Source: an uncultured delta proteobacterium (GTDB taxonomy: Bacteria; Desulfobacterota; Binatia; Binatales; Binataceae). Taken from it: a DNA stretch of 64,000 nucleotides. Below, in pieces: positions 1 through 9,656 of this stretch; position 1 is the first letter of the stretch, and every line of letters begins with the position of its first letter. Where the stretch lies: NCBI GenBank assembly GCA_963771325.1, contig CAVYTJ010000023.1, positions 11,963 through 75,962 on the forward strand, read 5' to 3'. Below the pieces are notes generated by a model, which did not search any database, had not been told where the DNA came from, and saw only the letters and a list, made by a program, of their open reading frames with translations. The position numbers and the translations under genes were made by a program.

Positions 1-2
1 AA

Positions 3-194
3 ATGGAGTTAGTGACGAAGATGTTCATCCGTGCCCGTGAGTCCGTGGTTCGTAACACCCGTGGCCAGACGATGACGGAATACGCCCTCATCCTGGCGGC
101 CATCGCGGTCGTGGTGTACGGCACCTACAAGGCGCTGGGCAACAACATCGGTTCGCTCGCCAACGGCGTCGACTCTGCTCTGACCAACGCGTAA
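3..194 (+). CDS. flp: Flp/Fap family (Tad, type IVb) prepilin
   Basis: 63-aa ORF. A charged leader ends in G and is followed by QTMTEYALILAAIAVVVY, the Flp prepilin processing motif (G/xxxxEY plus hydrophobic helix). A hairpin with a T-run follows the gene. Confidence 0.85.
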   Translation: MELVTKMFIRARESVVRNTRGQTMTEYALILAAIAVVVYGTYKALGNNIGSLANGVDSALTNA

Positions 195-237
195 AGACGT
201 CTCATGATTGAGGGACCCGCGGCAAAGCAGGTCCAAA

Positions 238-269
238 AGCCCCCGGAGCCTGAATCCGGGGGCTTTTTC
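238..269 (+). terminator. Rho-independent terminator after flp
   Basis: agcccccgg / ccgggggct 9-bp stem with a 9-nt loop, followed by TTTTTCTTTC. Confidence 0.6.
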
Positions 270-698
270 TTTCTGTGTCTCACTTTGAAATCGGCAACGC
301 TGCCTTTCTCGAAGTTGTAGACGCCTGTCCTGGGCGAAACACGGAAGGGATTCTCCGCTCGAGACGAGCGCGTGCCTGATATCACAGCAGCGGTTTGCAT
401 CTTTTGGTCTCGCAGAGAACATTTAGAGCTTGTCCGACAAACACCACTGCGCCTACAATTTCGCACTTACCGCCTATGGTCCCGCGCATTTTTTTCGCAC
501 CGCAAGGCGTGGACATGCCGACAGGGCGAGCGCGCGGCCCTGTCTCCGTCCTAACCTAATTCTTGAGCAACCCCCGCTTTCCGCGACATTCTCGGAGAAA
601 CACTTAAGAGCTAATGGCGCCGCGTGTGCTGACGTGGTTTGATGGTTCATCGCTGGCCCGCCGCTTGTGCGAACGACAAGCGGGTTCTAGTTAATCAG

Positions 699-1364
699 AT
701 GCGACGACGGAACGGGATGACGATCCTTCTATGTGCAGCCTGCCTGTTCATCGGGTTGCCGCACCCCGGGCGTTCATGCGCGGATGAGACCGCTGTAATT
801 TCGTCGACGCCGGCCTCTCAAGTCGATCCGAATTCGTTCCGCCCCTCAGCCAACATCCCGGCTGCGCCCGCGCCCTATCAGGTGGAGCAAAATACCAACG
901 AAGTGGAGCCGCCGGGGCTGAAGGAATACATGGATGCGAGCGAGGAGATCTCGCTTTTCGGCATCGACTTGCGGATCGAGCGGCGCAAGGCGGAAAAGGA
1001 AATTCAGGGGCTGCTGGTCGTAGATATCGCGCCGGGAAGTCCGGGAGCCGGCGCGGGACTGCATCCTTACCGCCAGCCCACGCGCGACATTCTCAATGGG
1101 GTGGGGATGCTGGCCACGATGGCATTTCCGCCTGCGGTAGTGGTGGTGCCGATCTTTGAATCAGTTCCGCTCGGCGAGGCCTACGACTTGATAATCGGTG
1201 TCGATGGCGCTCGCGTGGCCAACTTCCTGGATTTTTACGACTGTGTGCACAATGTTCAGCCCGGCGAAATTGTCTATCTGAACGTTCTGCGCAACGGACG
1301 CCGCGTGCAGGTGCCGCTCACCATCACGACCTCCGTGCCGCCACCTCAATCCTGGGTGCGCTGA
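699..1364 (+). CDS. PDZ domain-containing exported protein
   Basis: Signal-like N-terminus MTILLCAACLFIGL. PDZ-like core GLLVVDIAPGSPGAGAGL...DLIIGVDGARV...GEIVYLNVLRNGRRVQVPL. The ORF opens at 639; an internal ATG was chosen as start. Confidence 0.65.
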   Translation: MRRRNGMTILLCAACLFIGLPHPGRSCADETAVISSTPASQVDPNSFRPSANIPAAPAPYQVEQNTNEVEPPGLKEYMDASEEISLFGIDLRIERRKAEKEIQGLLVVDIAPGSPGAGAGLHPYRQPTRDILNGVGMLATMAFPPAVVVVPIFESVPLGEAYDLIIGVDGARVANFLDFYDCVHNVQPGEIVYLNVLRNGRRVQVPLTITTSVPPPQSWVR

Positions 1365-1433
1365 CTTGAACTGAACGTCAGGAGACTCATTTTTCGAGCC
1401 TCATCCGCGATCCGCGGCAAAAGCTCGCAGGCT

Positions 1434-1760
1434 TCAGCGCAACGCCGAGAACGCGGTCGGCGTCATGATCGTGTTGCTGATCGACGCGAGCAGCGGACCG
1501 TCCTCCTCGCTCTTGCGGCGCGCCTCGATCCATTCCGGGTCAGCCTGAAAGGACGCGAACTTCTTGTCGCGGTCCGCCAGCGAGTCCCATTGCAGGATGT
1601 AGATCAGGTCCTGGTTCGATTCTCCGATCGCTACCGTCCAGAACCCCGTCTGGCGGATGCCGTGCTTCTCGAATAGCCGCACGGTGACAGTTTCGAAGCG
1701 CTTGACCAAAGCCGGAAGCCGTCCGGGAAGGCAATGATAGACGCGTAACTCATAGATCAT
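1434..1760 (-). CDS. NIPSNAP family protein
   Basis: MIYELRVYHCLPGRL...HGIRQTGFWTVAIGESNQDLIYILQWDSLADRDKKFASFQADPEW matches the NIPSNAP pattern. Start set at the MIYEL Met. Confidence 0.8.
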   Translation of the reverse strand: MIYELRVYHCLPGRLPALVKRFETVTVRLFEKHGIRQTGFWTVAIGESNQDLIYILQWDSLADRDKKFASFQADPEWIEARRKSEEDGPLLASISNTIMTPTAFSALR

Positions 1761-1898
1761 GAGGCACTCTCCATGCGCGCTGGTTTCGCACAATTAGCCT
1801 ATGCCGAACAGCTGAGGCAAGGACCGGGAAACCGCCGGTCCATCTCACCTCGAGACTCCGGCCTGCAGCAGCCCTGACCTGCACTGTGCGCTTTCGGT

Positions 1899-2856
1899 TT
1901 AGCGCGGCATGGCGTCGAAGGTTCGGCGCAGCGTCGCAAACGCCGCCGGTTTCATGAGCATGTCGACATGATCGAGGCCGGGCACGAGTTCGACGGTGAG
2001 ATCCGGTTTCGCCAGCCGCAACAGCGGCGCATAGCGATCGGCATAGAACTGGTCATCGTTGGCGCCCGCGATGAGTGCCATCGGCTTCTTGGTGCGCTGA
2101 AGCGCGGCAAAGTAGCCATTGCTGCCGAGATTCATCGCCAACCGAAACGAATAGACGCCGGTCAGGTTCTGATTGCCGGGCGGAATGGCGAATACGATGG
2201 CATCGAGACCGTCAAACCAGTGAATGCCGATCTTGTCGAGGATGATCAGCCCAACGATGCGGGGCAGATAGGGCGTCGCCCAGCCACCGGCGTTCGGCCG
2301 CGCAAGCGGAGACGGATAGACGATGGCCGGGTCGATCACAATGTATCGATCGAAAAGATTGCCGTAGGATCCTCCCGCGATGCGGATGGTGAAGGCGCCG
2401 CCACCGGAGAAGCCGATAGGTCAGCGTCGCATGTGCATGCGCGGGTCGGATCGTCGCGACTAGATCCGCCAGATCATCGTCGAGTTGACCGATACAGTCG
2501 ATGTCGCCGCGCCTGCCGGAACTGCCGTGGCCACGCAAGTCGGGTGCGTAGACCGTCGCACCGGCCGCACGCAGCGTCTTGGCCAGCGCATTCATGACGC
2601 TGCTTTCCGTGCCCGTGCCGTGAATGAGCACCGCCACCTGTTCCCCGCCGCCGGGATGGGCGCGATACGCGATCTGTGTTCCATCCCGCGCCGTGTAACG
2701 GCTGAATGCCGGAAGATCCGTCAGATCGAGCTGCCGTGGTTGCACGGGGCGCGGCGGCGCGGCCGTGCCGAAGGCTATTGTCACCCCCAGCGTGGCGATC
2801 AGAATGCTAGCGACTATCACGATCGCGCGAGGCCAGCGCTGCAATGTTTGCAGCAT
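1899..2856 (-). pseudogene. alpha/beta hydrolase, interrupted by a 1-nt frameshift near 2418
   Basis: ORF 2212..2856 carries the N-terminal half (VAVLIHGTGTES...APDLRGHGSS). The nucleophile elbow IGFSGGGAF and the C-terminal half (ORF 1899..2339) lie in another frame. Confidence 0.7.
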
Positions 2857-2891
2857 AGACGATCGATCGCTTTACCAACTGAGAAAATTGA

Positions 2892-2968
2892 TGGTGAGCC
2901 GTCCGGGACTCGAACCCGGGACCCTCTGATTAAAAGTCAGATGCTCTACCGGCCTGAGCTAACGGCTC
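2892..2968 (-). tRNA. tRNA-Lys (anticodon UUU)
   Basis: Hand-folded cloverleaf. Acceptor GAGCCGT/ACGGCTC, D stem GCTC/GAGC, anticodon arm TCTGA-CTTTTAA-TCAGA, T arm CCGGG-TTCGAGT-CCCGG, encoded CCA. Confidence 0.9.
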
Positions 2969-3438
2969 ATCGAGAAAAACAACACTGAATCAACCACTCA
3001 GAGATCTACGCGTGAGCATTTGATTTTGACGGCAGACTCGGGGTTTAGTTCGCAGTGCCGACAGTGGTCGTGTGCCTGGGCGTTTTTGCGCCGCCCCGAC
3101 ACGATGCCACGCCCGTCTTATCGGAGCAAGGCGACGCGACCGTCACGACTCAACACTCTCGATGTCCAACCGCCTCGTCACGAGTCCCTACCGCAATTGG
3201 CGCCGCTAGGTATACACGCCGCGAATTGAGCTTCAGCAGTAGCCGGTCTTTAGCAGAAGGCATTGCGGGGTCGGCCCGCTCCATTTGGCGCTGGGGTGCA
3301 TCTATAAGCCCGAACAACTCACGACCCCACGTCAACTCCAGTGACCACCTACGTTTACTTTAAAGCTCTTGTAAAATGACCGAATTTCCTTTAATAGTCT
3401 CATAACGCCTCTATTATTCACTTTCGCGAGGGTTTGAC

Positions 3439-3798
3439 ATGACTGAAACGAAAGCGGGCGACGCCGGTTGGAACAATCATTACTGGCCCGAATCGAATCC
3501 GCGGCTTCTCCAAATCGAGACAAGTAAGAGTGTACTCCATCGACACTGCGTCCGATGCGGTCGGGATTTCGTGACAGATCTGTTGTCAGGCAAACGCTTC
3601 GCCGTTTCTGTCTCGGCAATAAGCTTTCATCGGCTTGAGGACGAGGTTACAGAACGATGGCTAAGAGAACCCTGTCACGGCACGCGTCTGCCGAGCGATG
3701 ACGCGGACCGAATCAGAAAGATCGCGGAATTTCCGGTTTCGGAAGGGTACGCGGTTCCACGGTCACCCGCTGACCTAAGGCGTGCCCGGACACGGTGA
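3439..3798 (+). CDS. hypothetical CxxC mini-protein (paralog of 30913..31353)
   Basis: 119-aa ORF in a lower-GC stretch. HCVRCGRDF...AV...EVTERWLREPC resembles YCVRCKSSF...AV...EESLRRF..GPC of the ORF beside the kdp regulator. Confidence 0.45.
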   Translation: MTETKAGDAGWNNHYWPESNPRLLQIETSKSVLHRHCVRCGRDFVTDLLSGKRFAVSVSAISFHRLEDEVTERWLREPCHGTRLPSDDADRIRKIAEFPVSEGYAVPRSPADLRRARTR

Positions 3799-4255
3799 CT
3801 TCGCAAAACACGGCCGAGGAAGTTCGAGGTACGTCGCAGACAGTTGGTGAAGCGACGGTCATAGCGGCCGACACCTAAAACCGTTTGACCCGGTGCGCCC
3901 GTGGCCATCCTCGTCCAGTGACCCAGCGACTAACTCGCCAAGCCTTTCACCGAGGCGTTAGGAGAACCAGGGGCAAAGAGACTACGTTCAACTATGAGAA
4001 GTATCAGAATTGAATCGGGCAACGGCCGCAGTATTTCCGAGGAGTTGCAAACCTCTATGAACCTGTTGGAGGCCGCGACGATCTCCTACGGGGTAAACGT
4101 GTTGGTGGCTGATGCCGATGAAGACGCCGCTACCTTGGTCCTTCATGGCGCAAGAATCCGATTTACTGCCGGGTACCCGCTTAGAGACCGCTTCGAAAAA
4201 AAACATGTTCCAAACGACTTCGCAACGAGATCGATACCTCTTTAACGTCGGAGCG

Positions 4256-5743
4256 CTAAGGCTTGCGAGCGTCGGCCGCGCGCGCGCTCGTTGACTGCGC
4301 CAGCGCCGCGCCGGCGGCGGCGCTCGAGGTCTGCGCCGGCGGGATCGTCACTCGCGATTCGAGGAACGCCACCAGGTTGTCGAGATCATCGTGGGTCAGG
4401 ATGCCCGCGAAGGACGGCATGTTGCTGCCGCCATTGGCGATTTTGATCCGCAAGTCGTTTTCGCTGAGCCGATGCGCCACGTCGGTGAGATCGGGACCGC
4501 GCATCCCGCCCTGCCCTTCGATCATGTGACAGAACTCGCATCCCTTGTCATGAAAAAGCTGCGCCCCCGTGACGATCGGAGGGCTGGTCGTGCCCACCAA
4601 GGCGGCCGACAGCGGCTGAGCGTCGAATTTCGGCGACCATGGCGCTCTCGATCCCTCGATCCAGAAGCCGATTATGCTCAGCACGATCATTAAGACGGCC
4701 GCGACCGCCCACGGCCGACGCGAGGGATGGCGCTCGCCTTTATTCCAGAGCACCGGCACCAGCAGCAGGAAAACGATCGCCGCCATCGGCGCCGCGACCA
4801 TGAACACCGACTCCATCCCGCGCGGCAGCAGCGCCAGCACGGCGTAGTACCACAGCATGTACCAGTCCGGCGCAGGATCGTTGGCGAGCAGGCTCGGGTT
4901 TGGAGGCTTGCCGAGTTCGGGCGGCCCGACGAAGAAAGCCAGCGCCGCGATAGTCACGACCACGCCGACGGCGACCACTACGTCGCGCCACGCCGCATCG
5001 GGCCAGAACGGCACCCCGCGCTCCTCGAGCAGTTTTTCATATTCGGCGCGATAGGTTTTGGGATTGACCTTTTCGCCGGGCACCGGCGGCGCCGAGATTC
5101 CGTCATGAATCACGAGGTAGAGATGAAGGGCCACGAGCGCGAAGATCATGGCCGGCAGAAAAAATACATGGAAGGCGAAGAAGCGGCTGAGCGTCGCGCC
5201 GCCGAGCGTCTTGCCGCCGAGCAGAAAGCGCGCGAGGTACGCGCCGATGAACGGCGTCCGCCCCAGCATCTCGGCCGCGAGCACCGTGGCCCACACCGCG
5301 GTCTGATCCCAGCGCAGCAGTTGCCCGGTGAACCCCATCGCGATCGTGATGAACAGCAGCATCACGCCACTGACCCAGTTGAACTCCCGCGGATACTTGT
5401 AACAGCCCATCAGGAAGACCTGGATCATGTGGATGCCGACCAGCAGGATCATCGCCGACGCGCCGAAGAAGTGCATCCCGCGCAGAAAATTTCCCAGCAC
5501 CGCCTTATAAGTGATGAATTCGAGCACGTCGTAGGCCGACCCTGACGACGCGACGTATCGCGTCGCGAGCGCGATTCCGGTCACCACCTGCATCATGAAG
5601 GCGACCAGCACCGCGCTGCCGAACACGTACCACCATCCGGTGTTGGGCGGCACCGGATGCTTCATCACGTCGTTGAAAAATTTGATCAGGCCGGTGCGCT
5701 CCTCGAACGCGTCGACAGCCTGCCAAAAGATTTTCCTGATCAC
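4256..5743 (-). CDS. cytochrome b (bc-complex) fused to a C-terminal mono-haem cytochrome c domain
   Basis: N-terminal multi-TM cytochrome b signature (WWYVFGS...GMHFFGAS...FFAFHVFFLP). C-terminal CEFCH haem-c motif followed by ...GGSNMPSF. Confidence 0.9.
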   Translation of the reverse strand: MIRKIFWQAVDAFEERTGLIKFFNDVMKHPVPPNTGWWYVFGSAVLVAFMMQVVTGIALATRYVASSGSAYDVLEFITYKAVLGNFLRGMHFFGASAMILLVGIHMIQVFLMGCYKYPREFNWVSGVMLLFITIAMGFTGQLLRWDQTAVWATVLAAEMLGRTPFIGAYLARFLLGGKTLGGATLSRFFAFHVFFLPAMIFALVALHLYLVIHDGISAPPVPGEKVNPKTYRAEYEKLLEERGVPFWPDAAWRDVVVAVGVVVTIAALAFFVGPPELGKPPNPSLLANDPAPDWYMLWYYAVLALLPRGMESVFMVAAPMAAIVFLLLVPVLWNKGERHPSRRPWAVAAVLMIVLSIIGFWIEGSRAPWSPKFDAQPLSAALVGTTSPPIVTGAQLFHDKGCEFCHMIEGQGGMRGPDLTDVAHRLSENDLRIKIANGGSNMPSFAGILTHDDLDNLVAFLESRVTIPPAQTSSAAAGAALAQSTSARAADARKP

Positions 5744-5761
5744 CGGGACTCTCCCGCGCGG

Positions 5762-6280
5762 CTATTCGATTGGCACCGCGCTGGCGAGGATTTCGACCTG
5801 TCCGTCGCGAACGCGCACTGGGTAGTTGAACAGTCGGCGCGGCGGCGGACCGGCGGCGACGTCGCCGTCGGCATAGTAAACGCCGCCATGGCAGGGACAC
5901 ATGAACAAATTGGCCTGCGCCAGCCATCGCACGGGGCATCCGAGATGCGAGCAGTTGACCGCGAACGCGACAAACCCTCCGGACTTCAGACGCCGCAGCC
6001 ACGCCGCCGTCATCGCGGTCACCCCCGCCCACGCCACCGGCGATGGGTCGAGAAACTTGACTTTGACGGTTTCGCCGGGCTTGAAGCTGTCGACCGCGCC
6101 GACCGCACGCCATACGTCTGGTTCGGGGGCGAGCAACGGGCCGAGGATGAACCCGACGACCGGGATACCGACGATCACAGCGGCGACGGTGGAGAGCGCG
6201 ATACAAAGCCGTCCCATGAAGCGGCGGCGTTCGGGGCTGAGCGCGTCGCTGCGGCCTGGCTGCGGTGTTTCACTCGCCAT
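5762..6280 (-). CDS. Rieske [2Fe-2S] protein
   Basis: CSHLGC...CPCHGG Rieske boxes. The N-terminus has RRRF (Tat-like) plus a TM helix. It lies immediately upstream of cytochrome b. Confidence 0.9.
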   Translation of the reverse strand: MASETPQPGRSDALSPERRRFMGRLCIALSTVAAVIVGIPVVGFILGPLLAPEPDVWRAVGAVDSFKPGETVKVKFLDPSPVAWAGVTAMTAAWLRRLKSGGFVAFAVNCSHLGCPVRWLAQANLFMCPCHGGVYYADGDVAAGPPPRRLFNYPVRVRDGQVEILASAVPIE

Positions 6281-6506
6281 GCAACAATTCTCCCACCCAC
6301 TTGCTAATCGACACGACCATCAGAATCAAACCGGCGGCTGAAAATACATAGGAACTGACTATTCCGAAAAGCAGGAACGTTATGCCGAGCGCGAGGAACA
6401 CCGGCGCGTAGGTCGACGGCGGGTTTTTCTCCGGCAGCGGCGTGCTCCACCCGGCTTTCTCGTCGGCGCGCGATTGCGCTCCTTCTTCCGGAGTCATCCG
6501 AATCAT
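6270..6506 (-). CDS. small two-TM membrane protein, oxidase-operon associated
   Basis: 78-aa ORF with hydrophobic segments (VFLALGITFLLFGIV, AAGLILMVVSI). It is translationally coupled, overlapping the Rieske start by 11 nt. Confidence 0.5.
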   Translation of the reverse strand: MIRMTPEEGAQSRADEKAGWSTPLPEKNPPSTYAPVFLALGITFLLFGIVSSYVFSAAGLILMVVSISKWVGELLHGE

Positions 6507-6509
6507 CTC

Positions 6510-7385
6510 CTAAAAGCCCGCCGTCGCGGGCGCGACGCCGTCCGTCTCGGCCATCCCGAACCATTGCAGAAACAGTGCGATCATCACCGCCAAGAAGACA
6601 AAGCCGCCACCTACCCACATCAGGAGCCCGCCCACCTGCTGGTCGAGCGCCGGCGTCAGGCCCCATCCCGTGCGTATCAGCGCGCCGACGTGCAGCGAGT
6701 CGTGGGGATGCAGGTATGGCGCATAGAGGCCCTCGGGAGCAAAGGTGAGCCAGATGCCGAGCAGACTGTTGGCCATCGCGCCGCCGAGCAGGTAGACCTG
6801 CGTCCACAGCGGCGAAATTCTGCACTGCGGCAGCGGCGCGAGAACCGGCCACCAGAAGATGGTCGCGGTTACCATGAAGCACAGATGCTCCGCGATGTGC
6901 ACGTATTCGTTGCCGAGCGCCGCATCGAAGAGCCGCGGAAGGTGCCATACGGCGAGCGTCGCGATTCCGAGCGTCCAGGCCAACAGTGGATTTCCCAGCA
7001 CGCGCTCGATGCGCCCGAGCGGGCGGCAATCGAGCACCAAGCGCGCGAAGCGTGGCGTGATGCCGAGCAACAGCAGCGGCGGCACCGCGAGCTCGAGCAG
7101 CAAATGCTGGAGCATGTGGGCGCTGAACAGGTATTCGTCGCCGAGCGTATCGAGCGGCGAGATGAGCGCGAACAGCATCACGGCCACGCCCGCGACGAAC
7201 CATCCTGCACGGGAAAGATTGCCCGCACGGGAAAGATTGCCCGCGCGGAAGAGGTCGCCGCGATGCGCGCTCCAGTACGCCACCAGCAGCGCCGCGCATC
7301 CGATCAGCACGGACAGGTCCGGGTCCCAAGCTCGCAGTATCTCAGCCATCTGGCTATTCGCTATATCCGCGCCGCTTCTCGGCAA
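6510..7385 (-). CDS. ctaG: cytochrome c oxidase assembly factor, CtaG (caa3-type) family
   Basis: Polytopic protein with SAHMLQHLLLELAVPPLLLLGITP, typical of Caa3_CtaG. It sits between ctaE and the Rieske gene. The true start may be the internal MAEIL (7349). Confidence 0.75.
   Translation of the reverse strand: MPRSGADIANSQMAEILRAWDPDLSVLIGCAALLVAYWSAHRGDLFRAGNLSRAGNLSRAGWFVAGVAVMLFALISPLDTLGDEYLFSAHMLQHLLLELAVPPLLLLGITPRFARLVLDCRPLGRIERVLGNPLLAWTLGIATLAVWHLPRLFDAALGNEYVHIAEHLCFMVTATIFWWPVLAPLPQCRISPLWTQVYLLGGAMANSLLGIWLTFAPEGLYAPYLHPHDSLHVGALIRTGWGLTPALDQQVGGLLMWVGGGFVFLAVMIALFLQWFGMAETDGVAPATAGF
7208..7247 (-). repeat. 18-bp in-frame tandem duplication (about 2.2 copies) inside ctaG
   Basis: cacgggaaagattgcccg occurs twice in tandem and then as a partial copy. 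It encodes RAGNLS-RAGNLS-RAG. Confidence 0.85.
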
Positions 7386-7394
7386 TTTCCACCG

Positions 7395-7967
7395 CTATGC
7401 GAGCAACGGCCATAAATAGACCACCGAGAAGATCACTACCCACACCGCGTCGACGAAATGCCAGTACATCGCGACGGACTCGAACCCAGACGGCTTGATC
7501 GCGCCAAGCCGCCCGCTCATCACGATTCCGAGTAGCGCGCCGAGCGCCACCAGGCCGATCAACACGTGCAGGCCATGAAAGCCGGTGAGGGTAAAGAACG
7601 TCGAGCCGAATAGGTTGGTGCTGATCGTGACGCTGTGCGCGAAGAGTCCCAAGTACTCGCGCGTCTGGCCGAGGAGAAAAATCGCGCCCAGCACCACGGT
7701 CAGCGCGAGCCATCGGCTGACGCCGCTCCGATCGCCCGTCCTGAAGCTGCGCGAGGCCAGATGAATCGTCGCGCTGCTCAGGAACAGGCAGATACTGAAC
7801 GCGAGCGTGCGCATCACGTTGAGGCTGTTGGCGGCACTCGGTCCGTCGGCGGGCCGCGAGTGAAAGAACGCGTACGTGATCACCAGGATCAGGAAAAACC
7901 ACGCCTCAGAGAAAAGAAACAGGCCGACTCCGACCTTGGTCTTGTCAGGCATCGTCTTCTCAGGCAT
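7395..7967 (-). CDS. ctaE: cytochrome c oxidase subunit III
   Basis: FFTLTGFHGLHVLIG...WHFVDAVWVVIF subunit III motifs; operon position. Confidence 0.9.
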   Translation of the reverse strand: MPEKTMPDKTKVGVGLFLFSEAWFFLILVITYAFFHSRPADGPSAANSLNVMRTLAFSICLFLSSATIHLASRSFRTGDRSGVSRWLALTVVLGAIFLLGQTREYLGLFAHSVTISTNLFGSTFFTLTGFHGLHVLIGLVALGALLGIVMSGRLGAIKPSGFESVAMYWHFVDAVWVVIFSVVYLWPLLA

Positions 7968-7976
7968 CGCGATCCC

Positions 7977-9656
7977 TCACCCTGCCAGTTTCGCTAACAT
8001 TTCGTCGGTGCGATCGGGATGGGCAAGGTCCCACAGCGGGCGGCGGCCGCGAATCGGCGGCACGCGGGTAAAGTTCTCGGGCGGCGGCGGCGAGGTGGTC
8101 GCCCATTCCAGAGTCCACGCATCCCATGGGTTGTTGCCCGCTATTTTTCCTGAGCGGAGCGAGATTGCGATATTGAAGATGAGAACTAGTACCGCGATGG
8201 CAAGCACGAACGCGCCAATCGTCGAGATCATGTTCATGGCTTCCCATCCCGGCAACGGGGGATAGGTGAACACCCGCCGCGGCATCCCGAACATCCCGAG
8301 CACGTGCTGGATCATGAAAGTCAGGTTGAAGCCGATGAAAGTGAGCCAGAAATTGACCTTACCCCAGCGCTCATCTAGCATCCGGCCGGTGATTTTCGGA
8401 AACCAATAATAGACGCCGGCGAACACGGCCAAGGCGGTACCGCCAAACAGCACATAGTGAAAGTGCGCGACCACGAAATAGCTGTCGGTCAACTGCCAGT
8501 CGATCGGGGCCACCGCGAAGGCAATGCCCGAAAGACCGCCGATCGTGAACATCACGATGAAGCTGACTGCGAACAGCATCGCGGTCGTAAAACGCACCCG
8601 TCCCCCGTACATAGTCGCGGTCCAGTTGAAAATTTTGATTCCGGTGGGCACCGCGATCGCCATGCTGCAGATGACGAAGAACAGATCAAAGGGATGGCCC
8701 AGCCCGACCGCGAACATGTGATGCGCCCAAACGGTGAGGCTCAGGAACGCGATCGCGAGCGTCGAGGCGGCGACGAAGTCGTAGCCGTAGATCGGTTTGC
8801 CCGAGAAGACCGGGATGACCTCCGAGATTATTCCGAAGGCGGGCAGGACCATGATGTAGACTTCGGGATGGCCGAAGGCCCAGAAGACGTGCTGCCACAA
8901 CACCGCCGAGCCGCCGGTGTCGGCACGAAAGAAATGTGCGTTGAGCAGCCGATCGGCAAGCAGCATCACCAGACCCGCATTGAGTATCGGCATCACCACG
9001 ACGATCAAGTAACCGGTTATCAGCGTCATCCAGACGAACAGCGGCAGACGCCGGATACTCATTCCGGGGGCGCGCATCGAGATGATCGTCGCCATCAGGT
9101 TGATTCCAGCGGTTAGCGTGCCCACGCCGATCCCGAGCAGCCCGAGTATCCAGTAGTTCACGCCGGGACCGTAGGAGTACGCGGTCTCACTGAGCGGTGC
9201 GTAGGCAAACCATCCTACTGCCGGCGCGCCGCCATTGATGCCGCTGGTGGCGAAGCTGAAATAGAGCATCAGTCCGCCGAAGATCTGCACCCAGAAGCTG
9301 AGCGCATTGAGCCGCGGAAAGGCCATGTCGCGCGCGCCAATCATCAGCGGCACCATGTAGGTCGCGAACCCGACCAGCAGCGGCACCACCACCAGGAAGA
9401 TCATCGTGGTGCCATGCATCGTGAAAACTTGGTTATAGACCTGCGGGCTGAGGAAGTGATTATTGGGCACGGCAAGCTGAATGCGCATCAGCAGCGCGAG
9501 CACGCCGCCAACCAGGAAAAAAACGAACGCGCCCAGCAGGTACATGATCCCGAGCTGCTTGTGATCGACCGAGGCGACCCAGCTGAGCCAGCCTTCGCGC
9601 GCTTCGAGCTCGAACGACTCGCCGCCAAGCGCCTCGGGAATCGCCGCGTCTTTCAT
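7977..9656 (-). CDS. ctaD: cytochrome c oxidase subunit I
   Basis: 559 aa with canonical haem-copper oxidase motifs (WFFGHPEVY-like WAFGHPEVYIMVLP, HHMF, VAHFHYV). Confidence 0.97.
   Translation of the reverse strand: MKDAAIPEALGGESFELEAREGWLSWVASVDHKQLGIMYLLGAFVFFLVGGVLALLMRIQLAVPNNHFLSPQVYNQVFTMHGTTMIFLVVVPLLVGFATYMVPLMIGARDMAFPRLNALSFWVQIFGGLMLYFSFATSGINGGAPAVGWFAYAPLSETAYSYGPGVNYWILGLLGIGVGTLTAGINLMATIISMRAPGMSIRRLPLFVWMTLITGYLIVVVMPILNAGLVMLLADRLLNAHFFRADTGGSAVLWQHVFWAFGHPEVYIMVLPAFGIISEVIPVFSGKPIYGYDFVAASTLAIAFLSLTVWAHHMFAVGLGHPFDLFFVICSMAIAVPTGIKIFNWTATMYGGRVRFTTAMLFAVSFIVMFTIGGLSGIAFAVAPIDWQLTDSYFVVAHFHYVLFGGTALAVFAGVYYWFPKITGRMLDERWGKVNFWLTFIGFNLTFMIQHVLGMFGMPRRVFTYPPLPGWEAMNMISTIGAFVLAIAVLVLIFNIAISLRSGKIAGNNPWDAWTLEWATTSPPPPENFTRVPPIRGRRPLWDLAHPDRTDEMLAKLAG

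Noticed and set aside
195-698. A 500-nt gap after flp that might hold a second pilin gene or an ncRNA. Local hairpins occur at about 510..552 and about 660..690.
   Set aside because: No Flp-like frame was found, no known RNA-family motifs were recognised by eye, and the hairpins lack terminator T-runs. The evidence is insufficient to call a feature.
3994-4245. 83-aa ORF with VNVLVADADEDAATLV, resembling the start of a response-regulator receiver domain.
   Set aside because: It is too short and lacks the downstream D/T/K receiver motifs. It overlaps an equally plausible antisense ORF. At best it is a decayed fragment.
2892-4255. A tRNA-Lys-linked integrated element or genomic island.
   Set aside because: No integrase, no direct repeat of the tRNA 3' end and no mobility genes were found. 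The lower-GC DNA lies on the 5' side of the tRNA rather than at its 3' end, where integrases normally target. Kept only as a compositional oddity.
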